DNA of 64,000 nucleotides from Mytilus trossulus (Eukaryota): NCBI RefSeq assembly GCF_036588685.1, contig NC_086380.1, positions 10,405,347 to 10,469,346 of the forward strand, read 5' to 3'. Shown piece by piece: positions 46,470 to 58,380 of this stretch (position 1 is its first letter; each line of letters starts with the position of its first letter). The notes under the pieces were generated by a model. It saw only the letters and a program-made list of their open reading frames with translations, ran no database searches and was not told where the DNA came from. The position numbers and the translations under genes were made by a program.

Positions 46470-46880
46470 TGACTTTGGACGAGACGCGCGTCTGGCGTAT
46501 AAAATTATAATCCTGGTACTTTTGATAACTATTTACACCACTGGGTCGATGCCACTTCTGGAGGACGTTTCGTCCCCGAGGGTATCACCAGCCCAGTAGT
46601 CAGCACTTGTTGACATGAATATCAATTATATGGTCATTTTTATAAATTTTCTGTTCATAAAACTTTGAATTTTTCGAAAAACCTAAGGATTTTCTTACCC
46701 CCGGAGTAGATTACCTTAGCCGTATTTGGCACAACTTTTAGGAATTTTGGGTCCTCAATGCTCTTCAACTTTGTATTTATTTGGCTTTGTTAACTATTTT
46801 GATCTGAGCGTCACTGATGAGTCTTGTGTGGACGAGACGCGCGTCTGGCGTATAAAATTATAATCCTGGTACTTTTGATA
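46470..46880. repeat. Two copies (46470-46560 and 46795-46880) of a block with the palindromic hairpin ggacgagacgcgcgtctggcgt followed by ataaaattataatcctggtacttttgataac. The sequence between them, 46600-46800, matches 34130-34330 in reverse complement.
   Basis: The direct duplication is visible. The hairpin gacgagacgcgcgtctcgtc is nearly perfect. The segment ccgtatttggcacaacttttaggaattttgggtcctcaatgctcttcaa is the reverse complement of the segment at 34240-34290. Confidence 0.65.
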
Positions 46881-48039
46881 ACCATTTGCTACTAAATCGT
46901 AGGCAACATTGAAATAAGTAACCTTGGTTAGAAACACTTGGTTGTCTAGAGCGTGATGTAAACGAACTAAATAAAATGCAGCTGTTTCTTATTTAGTTTA
47001 AATCGTGTTATATTAAATCATATTAAATGTGTTTAGAAGTTTATTCGCTTTAATTATTTGAATTAAAGATGCTTTGAGAAATTTCTACATAAGCTTTTAA
47101 AATACATAAGCATGTCATTGTGGATGTAAAACACTATAAGCAGTGTATAATAACAAAATGACAAAGTTAAATACCCTTCTTTACCTTATAAGATCATTCG
47201 CTGTTTTAGGAGTGATCGTTTTCATGGTATGCTGTGTTTGGGGACTGTTGTTCGTCTCTTGGACTTTTAACTTTATTTTGTTCATGGTTTTAATTAACTT
47301 TATTTGATTCTATTATGGTTTTAGATGTTGATTGTCCCTTTGGTATTTTTTTTAATATAAAGACATAAAGTTGCAGAAATGAAAATCGGCCAAAAATCAC
47401 CTCAAAGTAAAGTGAAGAAGATAAACGCAATAACAAAAATATTCGCGAAAATACTAAGTAACTTAATTTGCTCACGGTGATATATATATAGAACCAAATT
47501 GTTATCATGATACATTTAGCTACACTGATCTATCACTTTAAAACCTTTTACTACTTGAATAAGGACGAAATATACTATAGGGACATCCAACTCATAATTA
47601 AAAACGAACTGACTAAGCCGAGCAACAAACGAACAAGACAAGTAACAGTATACAAAACACAACATATAAAGCTACAGATTGAGTAACACAATCTCCCCAA
47701 AACATTTTGAGTGAACTCAGGGCTCCCAAAGGGTAGGCAGATTATGTTCCACATGTGACAACCGTCTTAGTTTAAACATATTTATTTATAGTGGATTGGG
47801 AAACAAGTTTTGCAACTGAAATTAATCTCTTTCCACTTTGCGCGAGCAAGTGCTACCTTGTAGCGGCATTAGTCTGCTCTTTTTCAAAATCTACAAACGT
47901 GTGTCTAACGTGCAAGAGATATGGCTCTCTATTTACACGGGTCAGCCATTTATCGTCCCTTTTCGATGGACTTTCATTGTTTCCTTAAGACCATACTCAC
48001 AAATGGTGTCTAGTAGAGCCGATAATTCAGTCCCTGAAA

Positions 48040-48120
48040 TTTTCATCACGGAACGGGAATCGAACCAGGAACCTTTGTGTTGGTAGTTCGATGCACTTAC
48101 CACTACCCAACTGCTCTCTT
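48040..48120 (-). other. tRNA-like fragment, probably a tRNA-derived SINE head. It is not a functional tRNA.
   Basis: The reverse complement reads ...gcagttgggtagtggtaag...ggttcctggttcgattcccgttccgtg, with a D-loop-like AGTTGGGTAGTGG and a GGTTCGATTCC T-loop box. The T-stem and acceptor pairing are poor. Confidence 0.3.
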
Positions 48121-49859
48121 TTACCCGTCTTGTGGCTCATGTATTTCCTAACTCGGTGCCAAGCCTCATTCGGTTGGTGTCATTCACGGCAGAGATGACA
48201 GCAATTTGGTTACGTCGATGGAACTTATCAGTCGTCATCTGGCGAAATCGATATCTCATAATTATCAACCAACTCGTAGTGGCGTCCATGAAATTTTTTA
48301 AGGGCTGATTTCAACTTTGCATTGGAACTCTGGTTTAGAACCATGTTTTAACCACCATTTTTCTTCAAATGTCCTGTACCAAGTCAGGCATATGACAGTT
48401 GGTATCGAATACTCTGTTTCTTTGTATGATGGCTTGTGTTTTTTTGTAGCAGTTCAGTGTTTCTGTTATATCGTTGTGTTCCTCTTGTAGTTGATGCGTT
48501 TCCCTAGTTTTATGACCCGGATTTATTTCAGTTTCTAGTAAATCGATTGATCACTATTGAATAGCGGTATACTATAGTTGCCTTTATTTCAGAGATGCGG
48601 TTCAATAAAATCGGTCTCCTCCTTTAGTAGTATAGATATGCAGGCGTTGCTATAATGTTGTTAGATGGAAATGAGAAGTTTATAATTTTGTAGTAAGGGG
48701 TGGTTTTATGGGTTGTTTTATGCACATTTCTCTTGTCGTAAAACTTTTTCTCAACCAACCCTCATCATCGATTTCAAGATACGTGATGGAGTAAACTATA
48801 TCTGTTGAGTCTTTTATTTCCAATTTCAATGGAAAAAAAAGTCCAACATTGTCACAAATTTTGCGCTCTTTAGTGAGATGACATCATCTATATAGTGGAA
48901 AGTGAAGTTTCAAGATAATGAAAGCTTCTTCTAAGTCGTCATCAGAAACTCTTGCATGAAGTCATCCTCGTATGAAAAATGAACTAGTCATTCAAGCTAT
49001 TCAGGAAGTTTAGTTGTAACTAGAATCTATGCGTATAAATGTTTCTTCAAAACTATTCTTATTTTATGAATTAATACATGTAAACAATGAACACCGCAAT
49101 TCAAGCAATCAAGAAATCAAGTTTTATAATGTGTTTACTAGTTTTTTGAAATTCTTTGAAATTTCAATTTTCATCAATTTATTTTTATTTATTTTTTGTC
49201 GAAATTTTCAATTCACATAAAATAAATAAAATGGTCTTTTCACTACATCAATATTTATAATGAAGCTACAAATCAAACAATTAGAAAGGTCAAAATATGT
49301 TTATTTCAGACTGGTAGTTAACATGCAGATTGCAATTCTCTTAGTTTCTCCCCTTTATTTCAAGCAATAAGATGATTCGCGCACATACTTTTTTATTCTA
49401 AATTTTTCAGATTCTTAAGAATTTGTTTATTAAATCTTATATTGACCACATACAATGTTTAAATAGGAAGAAATTCTTAAAAGCAGTGTTTTCGCAGATG
49501 GCGGTATTTTGGGCAACTGTATAAGTTGTTATGATTTGCTGTTTGATTAGAAGTAAGCATACTTTTAGGAAATTTTATGATGTCAAAAACTTCTTTGATA
49601 GTCCTTACAGGGTATTACTTAGTTTAAAGTGATTAGCAGATGCACCAGAAAGAAAAAAATGGGTTTTCACACATTTTGTTAACTTTTACTCGAATTTCAG
49701 GAAACATGTGCGCTCTGTCAAAAACACGCTTTAGATATTAAAAAATGCATTTGAATAATGACTGTTAATCGCTCTGCTAAAAGTTTAAATTGTTTGCATA
49801 TGTGAATTAAGTATATAAAAGTCATATAATGCAATCAGGCTGAAATCTTCAAAAATATG

Positions 49860-50045
49860 CACTTATTCGTCCTTGGCCTTTGATCTCGATTTGACGGAAA
49901 TTGCACCGTACGATTTTTTTACGACCGGGCAAAACAGATAGTACAGATGTGTAGCTTTAAAATGATATATAATTTAGCCGTGTGTTAGGTAGGTGCATTA
50001 AAAATTTAATTTCATGGTTAAAGTCACTCGCCTATCATGACCATT
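49860..50045 (-). repeat. Right arm of the roughly 180-bp inverted repeat pair.
   Basis: Its reverse complement reads catgaccacgaatggtcatgataggcgagtgactttaaccatgaaattaaatttttaatgcacctacctaacacacggctaaattatatatcatt...ttgcccggtcgtaaaaaaatcgtacggtgcaatttccgtcaaatcgagatcaaaggccaagg. Confidence 0.8.
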
Positions 50046-52269
50046 CGTGGTCATGTAGTTGCAATTGAAAACCTTGATAGAATATGAACTATTTGCCTTA
50101 ATGATTAATTCATTAAATGAACATAAATGTACAATTAAATATGAATGTTTAATGCTTGTTCTTTAAATCTTTGAAAAAAGTTGAAGCAACATTGCCACAG
50201 TTTTCATAATTATGTTTGTCTTGGTTTTTGGTTAACTGCCTACAGTGCTTACAGCGCTTTGATTTACAGAGTTATCACCATGTAGTACACGTGCAGTGTA
50301 CCACGTTAAAATCAAATGACAATTACATGGTGGGGTTTTTTTTTTTTGCATCATATTAAAAATAGATTTTTATTAACTAAAACATTGTGAAAGAAGGAGT
50401 TATGATATAAGGTCTAATCTCTGGCCCCTTTAAATCGAAAATCAAGAAGCACTGATACTCTACAAATTTGTTCCCCCTTACATTTGTTAAAATTCTAGTC
50501 TGCAAACATCAGTATTGATATTGAGAATTGTGTTTTACACATTAATATTTATCATAAAGGAACAAAAGATACCAGAGGAAGAGTCAAATTCATAGATTGA
50601 AAATAAACAGACAACGCCATGGCTAAAAATAAAACGATAAGCAGACAAATAATAGTACAGAAGACAAACTTGTGTTGCCAAAATTGCCAATATAGCCTCA
50701 TTTAGATTTTTTTTTTATTGTATATTATAAATTAACTATTGTCAGTTTTTTGTATTAATTTTGTATGCCATAACCATTTAATGTAAATGTGTTTGTGCTT
50801 ATAAATATTGTCTACTGAAAATTAACCAAGATTTTACCCAAACATTTATTTACTACTAGGTCTATTTGACAATGTTTGACAACGATTTAAATGTTTGACC
50901 ATATGTTTCTTGGTACCTTAAGACTTTGGCTCATATTGATATTCTCCATAATTTGTGGGCAAAATGGTCCATTTATGTTAATTTAAATATGTTACTGACA
51001 CTAAAGTTACATCACGACTGCCCTGTCTGCTCTATAAACTCCTGGTTATAACAGCATGTTCATTGATCAATATAATTAACAGAAGTTTGCAAGACATTAA
51101 CATGATTAATAATTTCTTATTTTAGAATTTCAGCTCTTATCATACTTCCTCCTCTTTACATATGATAACAGGTAAGTATCCGTACGTTAAATGGCCAGTT
51201 CACAAAACAGTCTATACATTTAATATCAATATGTATCAATTTGGCTGCAACACATGAATATTTTTACAATTCATGTTTTTTCAGTAGAAATGATGCTCGA
51301 GACAAATATTTTTTTTAGAAATAATTTGCCTTTCATTTGCAGTACAACCCATCAATACTGACCAAAAGTAACTGATGTATAGAAAATAATTAAGGGGAAA
51401 TACTGCAAATATATAATGTTACTTATCAAACATCAAACATAAAAAATTAGCAATACCGATCAATACAATTGCAAAATATAATTGATTTGAACACCATACG
51501 CTAAAGGTTAATCCACTAAAATCTAAACTGTATCACAGACTAAAGAGGTCCTTATTTCATTCATTTGTTTAGTATTAATACAAATACAAATAGCTATTTT
51601 AATTTTTCCCAATCTTAATACGTGTTTTTGTCTATAAAAAATGTTTTTTTTTTGTAATTTATTTTTATTTCATCTAACATTTTACATACATATATGAACC
51701 GATGAACGAGTTTGTAATGTATGTAAATCAGGTGAGGCAAAAGATGAAAATCATTTTTACTGAAATGTGAAAAAATGTCCTCCTACTACAGAATTAACTT
51801 AAAAAATGTTATATTAAATATGTTTCCTACATGTTGTAGTGAAAATCAGCTAAATATTTAAAGTAGCATAAATAGTAATTCTTTAAAAGTCCTGAAAGTG
51901 ACAAGTTTTTATCAAAATAATGGCTGGTGTAGAGAAATTATAGTTTAGCTTCTTAATAATAACATATTTAATTATGCTGTATTCATTGTTATAATGCACT
52001 AAAATATGGGCCTTTGCCAATTATTGTACTGGTGTTTGTGCCACTAAAATATTTGTATTTGTATATAGATAATTCATAATACATTTATTGGTAATAAATT
52101 TTTCAATAACTGTCTAAAATTTTAAAAGATAGATATGCTAATTGTATATTATATATACACATGGAAAAAAGTATTGCAACACCTTGATTTTTTTTAAACT
52201 TGAAAAATCAGTCTCTTATTTTGGATGGAATATGATAAAATATTTGTAAAATAATATTGAAACGTAGTT

Positions 52270-53020
52270 AATGATACTATTGGCCTTAAGGTTCCACTAA
52301 AGTCAAAATATAGGACACTTCATAAACATCTAAACTTTGCCTGTATTTTTCAACCTATTATGAATAAAGTCATAAACTATGAGAACATATATTCATTTAA
52401 ACATATTTAACATATACACACTGTGTAAATTGTAAATAAACTTGAAATTGTTATGTTGTGGCCAAACCGGTTCTTGGGGTGAACACTACATTTTCAAAGA
52501 AATCTGGAGGCCTGCAAGACGACTAAATTTGTTTAGAATTGGTACGGACGAATACTGTTATATATAATGCAGGGCAAGCTCATGTTGATTTTTTATAAAA
52601 TGTATTGATTTTCGAGTTTCAGTTAATTTCATGTATCTAAGTGAACGAATATCGTAGGTACAATGCAGAAATTGGACAAATATACCATTAAAACAATTGC
52701 ATGTAACAAATCAACATGAGTTTGCCCTGCATTACATGTAACAGTATTCGTCCATACCCATTTTAAGCAAATTAAGTCGTCTGGCAAGCCTCCAGATTTC
52801 TTTGAAAATTTGGTGTTCACCCCAAGAATCGGTTTGGCCACAACATAACAATTTCAAGTTTATTTACAATTTACACAGTGTGTATATGATAAACATGTTT
52901 TAATGAACATATGTTCTCATAGTTTACAATGTATGACTTTGTTCATAATAGGTTGGAAAATACAGGCAAAGTTTAAATATTTATGAAGGTTCCTTTATTT
53001 TGACTTTAGTGGAACCTTAA
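52270..53020. repeat. Large palindrome or foldback element with arms of about 300 bp around a roughly 150-bp centre.
   Basis: 52280-52570 (ccactaaagtcaaaatataggacacttcataaacatctaaactttgcctgtatttt...cttgaaattgttatgttgtggccaaaccggttcttggggtgaacac...gcctgcaagacgac...) is the reverse complement of 52720-53010 (...gtcgtctggcaagcctccag...gtgttcaccccaagaatcggtttggccacaacataacaatttcaag...aaaatacaggcaaagtttaaatatttatgaaggt.cctttattttgactttagtggaacc). Confidence 0.85.
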
Positions 53021-53149
53021 AACGAACAAAAAATGTATGAAACACAAAAGTTTTATCAGTGTTTTTTGTACAAAAAATGCATTTTACAACTTTTACTGTA
53101 GTCGAACTTTACAATATCAGACTTTTCAAAATCAATCTTTAGATGATTG

Positions 53150-53900
53150 TTCACATCATGGTTGATCGTTATACGCCAAAGAATTAGTACTTTGTGCGTA
53201 GCCTCAATTCAAACGGATAACCGCATCTTACCGTCTTCCGATTCCTGCCATAAGTCGACTAATTTGTTGCTAAGCTAGCACCAACCATTCGTGTTTATTT
53301 CATGACTTGTTTGAACTGGGGTGTCCTTACATACACTTTACGCCCGATAGTGTCCCATATATGCTCGATATGGTTCAAATTCGGGCTACGATTGGGCCAA
53401 GGAAAATAAACTGAAATCCATTGGAACAATGGATCTTCCTCCTCTACCCTTATATTCAACTTTGGCGAGCTCTGCACTATATTGGATACGGGCATTTGTG
53501 GGTCTGTTCGTAGGCAAAGGTTCCCGAAATGGTATTATCGCACGATAACCAGTAGCGATGAGCCGATCTCGACTAGTTCTTATTTAAAGGCTCCTGTATG
53601 GTCATCATTCTCTTTTTAGGATTGTATTGTTTGCAATGGGTTTCCTTTTATCCAACCTTCATTATGCTTTATTTTCCATAGCAAATATTATAGGTGGTCT
53701 TCTTGACCTCGGAAGGTCTTTAACATTGTTTCTTATCTGATTTTTATTCTCAAAACGACATATAGTGGAATGGTTATGACCAACAATACGTACAATTATC
53801 ACAGCGACATACCTGCTTCCCTCATGCTGGATATCTGCCATCTTGCTGTAGTTATGTGTTGTGTATGACCAATTAGAAGGTGTCAATAACATAGATTTAT
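53150..53900 (-). mobile_element. Degenerate Tc1/mariner DNA transposon remnant.
   Basis: Minus ORF 53295..53495 contains WPNRSPNLNHIEHIWDTIGRKV, the conserved region around the last catalytic residue of Tc1-like transposases (WP..SPDLNPIE..W). ORF 53662..53892 contains KDLPRSRRP, the N-terminal DNA-binding motif. It is interrupted and short, so it is a fossil copy. Confidence 0.65.
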
Positions 53901-54589
53901 AAACTTGGTTATTTTAAGTGTTGAAAACAATGAGGATAAAAACATCTGTTTTAGTGTTTACGAGTACAGTAGCTGTATGTACAGATAAGAACTGATAGAG
54001 TCTATATTTATTGATTAAACTCAGTTGATATTTAAATAATGTTTATCTAGTTCTATTTCAACAAGTTATTTAACAAAAAAATAAAAAATGTTTTTTTAAT
54101 TTGAACTTTAATTTGGTGTTGCAATCCTTTTTTCCATGTGTATATAGTATAGTTTTCTACTCGATCATACTTATTATTTATCACTTTGGGTTAAAATACC
54201 TGTATATGCTGATAAGTTTGATGATGCCATCAGCCGCCTCCTCTAGGCACAGCTGTCAATGTTTATACATTCTATGTTGAACATGAGAAGTACCAGAAGA
54301 GGCCACCAGAGATAATTAACCTTTGCATGTAAAGGTCAGACATTACATGTGGGACTAGACACCAGTTGTTTCCTTTTTCCTTTTTTTTTTTCGTAATTCA
54401 AATTTTGAAAAATATTTTCAGTGCAAACTGAAACACAAAATTTTGATTTCCCTCAAAATTTGTTTTCCTTAAAAAAAAATCCTCAATAAAAATTACTCAA
54501 ATGGTTTTTTTTACCCAAAATATTTTTTTTCTGAAAACATTTTTTCCTAAAAAATTCCATTTTTTCCCCCATAAATTTGTTTCTTCTCA

Positions 54590-55150
54590 TTTCTTATTTA
54601 GTTTCTATTTCCTTATTTGATTTTCATTTCCTTATTCGGTTTCTATTTCCTTATTCTGTTTCTATTTCCTTATTGGGTTTTTATTTTCTTATTAGGTTTC
54701 AGTTCCCTTTTTCGGTTTCTATTTCCTTATTCTATTTTCATTTCCTTATTTGATTTCCTTATTCGATTTCTGTTTCCTAATTCGATTTTAATTTCTTTAT
54801 TCGGTTTCTATTTCCTTATTCGGTTTCTATTTCCTTATTCGGTTTATTTTTCCTTATTCAATTTTTATTTTCTTATATGTTTGGGAGAAAAGCGTTTGAT
54901 AGTGACAAGACACTACCGCTACCATACAGTCGTTCTTTACTCTTTTTTTAAAATAATATTCATGCAAAACAATTAACAAGGGTCAGTTTCATGTAAATTT
55001 CCGTATTTGGTTACTATCTCCTTATTCGGTTTCTAGTTCCTTATTCAATTTCTATTTCCGTTTTAGGTTTCTATTTCCTTATACGGTTTCTATTTCCTTA
55101 TTCTGTTTTCATTTCCTTATTCGGTTTTTTTTTCCCTATTCGATTTCAAA
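54590..55150 (+). repeat. Satellite with a roughly 19-20-bp unit (tttccttattcggtttcta) in two blocks (54590-54880 and 55000-55150). A-rich [cctcaaaa(t)ttt] stretches lie at 54380-54580 and 55150-55340.
   Basis: The periodicity is visible. The listed ORF 54617..54976 is a repeat translation. Confidence 0.85.
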
Positions 55151-55369
55151 TTTTGAAAAATTTATAAGTCCAAACTGAAACACCAAAAAAAAAATCCCTC
55201 AAAATTTGTTTTTCTCAAAAAAAAAATTTTACACAATTTTCTTTTCTTGTATTTTTTTTCCCTCAAATATTTTTTCCTCAAAATTAGGTTTTCCTGGAAT
55301 ATTTGTTTTCACCTCAAAAAATTTTCCTTACTCGGACTTTTTTTCATTATTCTATTTTCTATAGTGACA

Positions 55370-58300
55370 CTGATGATTAAACCATGGCTGCATCTTTTAC
55401 CAATTTTTCCGAGTTTTCCGGTACATCAAAACAATGCTGAAATTAGGTGGCGTAAATGGATAAGCAGACTAGAAAATTTATTTATCGGTTTAAACATAAA
55501 GGTCCGAAAAAGACAAAGAGCACTCTTGTTACATTACGCTGGAGAAGATGTTAACGAAGTCTTTGATACCCTTGACAATACAGGAGAAGACTTAGCTATG
55601 GCTAAACACAAGTTCACCGCTTACTTTGCTCCGAAAAGGATTACAGAATACGAAATCTACAAATTTAGGCAAGCCAAACAGACATCCGATGAAACTATCG
55701 ACAGTTTTCACACACGATTACGCAAGCTAGCTGTAAACTGTGACTTTACGGAACATTTAGAGAAGTGAAATCACAAATTATCCAAGGTTGTCATTCAACT
55801 AGACTAAGACGAAAGGCTCTTCGGGCAGACATGACCCTTGAAGGAATAATTTCATCAGCCAGGGCGTTAGAACTTTCCGAAAAACAGGTAACGGAAATTG
55901 AACAACCAAACAAACAATCCACAAAAGCTGTGAGAAAAGGAGTTGGAAAACGTCGAAACGGACCACAATTTGTACAGACACAAACTGAACAAAACGTTAA
56001 GCAAAAGACTACTTGCAGAAACTGTGGAGATGATTTCCCACATGCAAACATGTGTCCAGCTTTTGGAAAAACTCGTGTAAAAAGTTGAATCATTTTGCTG
56101 CTGTTTGTAGATCCAAACGTATGGTTGGAACTTGTACTTTTAAAAGAAAAGTAAACAAAGCTGACAATTACAAACATGATGCTGCTCACGAAAGCAGTTC
56201 TGGCGATGGTTACGTTTTTGGATGAGGAGAACATACTGTGACTAAAGTACAGAAAGGACAATCGAAAATCAACGTGAAAATCAATAATTATAATGTGGAT
56301 ATTTTAATTGACACAGGATCAAGTATTAATCATTTGTTAATGTTATTGATGAAAGCACATTCGAGAACATTAAGTGTAAACCCAAACTTTCTCACGCCGA
56401 CACTAAAGTCTTCGCATATGGTTCACATAAAAACTTGAAATTAATGGGAAAATTTCACGCTACAGTAGAGACTGACCATAAAATAACACACGCACCGGTG
56501 TATGTGATGAAAGGAAGATACGGGAATTTAGTGTGCTATTATAGATCTGTTGACTAAGGATAGTGCCAGTCATTTCTTCAGTAGTAGATAAACATGATAT
56601 ACTGTGCAATAAATATAGCGATGTGTTCAATGGAATTGGATAATTAAAAGATGAAAAGTTCATATTGATGGAAGTGTAAAACCAGTAATATAACCACATA
56701 GGCGTATTCCGTTCTAAATGCGAAAGCAAGTAGAGGCAGAACTCGGAGAAACTCGAAAAACAGGATATAATTGATAAGGTGGACTGACCAACACTTTGGG
56801 TACCGGTGTCCCCGATAGTTGTGGGTCCTAACCGAAAAACAAGAACGAAATTCGATAATAAAATTGAGTATGGAAATGGGGAATGTGTCAAAGAGACGAC
56901 AACCCGAATATTGAAAAAACAACAGCAGAAGGTCACCAACAGGTCTTGAATGTAGCGTAAACTTCCTGCACCCGAAGGCGTCCTTCAGCTGGCCCCTAAA
57001 CAAATATATACTAGTTCAGTGATAATAAACGCAATACTAATTTCCAAATTGTACACAAGAAACTAAAATTAAAATAAAACAAGACTAACAAAGGCCAGAG
57101 GCTCCTGACTTGGGACAGGCGCAAACATGCGGCGGTGTTAAACATGTTTATGAGATCTCAACCCTCCCCTATACCTCTAGCCAATGTAGAAAAGTAAACG
57201 CATAACTATACGCACATTTAAAATTCAGTTCAAGAGAAGTCCGAGTCTCATATGCGTGGATATGATGGAACCGAACAAAGCTATTTTGCGTTCACGTCAT
57301 ATTACACCAAAACTCGATGATATGATCTTGGATTTAAACGGATCCAAAGTATTCTCGAAAATGGACCTTCGTAGTGGATATCATCAATTGGAGTTAAACG
57401 AAGAATCCCGGAACATCACAACCTTCACGACACACGTAGGATTACGTAGATACAAACGACTCAGTTTTGGTGTTTCCTCAGCTGCAGAGTTATTCCAAAC
57501 CACATTAAGTAATGCGGCGAAAGGATTAGATGGAGTCCGAAATATATCCGATGATATAATCGTATTTGGAAGGAACCAGGACGAACACGAAACACGATTT
57601 GAATTTTTTTTTGTCCGTCTTAAAGAGAAGAATTTGACATTAATAAGGCAAAATGTGAATTAAATAAGAACAAACTGGAATTATATGGTCACATTTTTAG
57701 TGCAGACGGCATATCAGCCGATCCAGGAAAAATAAGCATCATCAGGAACACGACAATACCGAAAGACGTAGGTGAAATTCGTAGTTTCTTAGCAATGACC
57801 AATTATGTTGGACGTTTCATTCCTAATTACTCAACTATTACTGAACCGCTCCGAAGATTAACAAAGCAGGATTTCAAGTGGGAATGGACATCTGAACAAC
57901 AGGAATCATTTGACAAACTTTTTGCTGACCGTGTGATGTCATACTTTGACACTAACAAAGAAACAATGTTGATAGTAAATGCAGGTACCGTTGATTTACC
58001 TGGATTATTAACACAAAATGGGAAAATAATTGCGTATGCAAGCCGATCATTGCCAGACGTTGAAAACAGACATGGAAGCATTGGCAATTGTATGGGCAAT
58101 TGAACATTTTCACTTTGATTTGTACGGAGAATCATTTACATTGGTGTCCGACAACCAACCGCTTGAAACGATATTCAACAGTCCAAAGGCTAAAAAACCA
58201 GCACGCATTGAAAGATGGAGATTAAGGTTACAGGGATACAATTTCAAAGTACAGTACAAACCATGAAAGGTGAACGCGGCCGATTATTTATCAAGACATC

Positions 58301-58380
58301 CGATCCTTAATGAGATAGCTGATAGTACACAAAAGGACAGAAAGTATTATGGAGTCAAATCCATACAAAAGTCAGGGTAG
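55370..58380 (+). mobile_element. Internal region of an LTR retrotransposon of the Ty3/gypsy or BEL/Pao type, with gag, zinc knuckle, aspartic protease, RT and RNase H in that order. It is degenerate (frameshifts and stops), and the integrase is missing or displaced.
   Basis: A retrotransposon Gag domain (HYAGEDVNEVFDTL...KFTAYFAPKRITEYEIYKFRQAKQ..ETIDSFHTRLRKLAVNCDF) is followed by a CCHC knuckle (CRNCGDDFPHANMC), protease (ILIDTGSSINHL), RT (KMDLRSGYHQLEL...ITTFTTHVGLRRYKRLSFGVSSAAELFQ...ISDDIIVFG) and RNase H (EALAIVWAIEHFHFDLYGESFTLVSDNQPLE). Confidence 0.75.
56855..57000 (+). repeat. Copy of the same SINE-like family (gagtatggaaatggggaatgtgtcaaagagacgacaacccgaatattg...gctggcccctaaacaaa).
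   Basis: It matches 6470-6640 in reverse complement and also the window start 1-112 (cagctggcccctaaacaaaaat). Confidence 0.6.

Noticed and set aside
48040-48120. A possible tRNA gene on the minus strand (GGTTCGATTCC T-loop box and AGTTGGGTAGTGG D-loop-like segment).
   Set aside because: The T-stem and acceptor stem do not pair properly and no anticodon arm can be drawn, so this is most likely a tRNA-derived SINE head.
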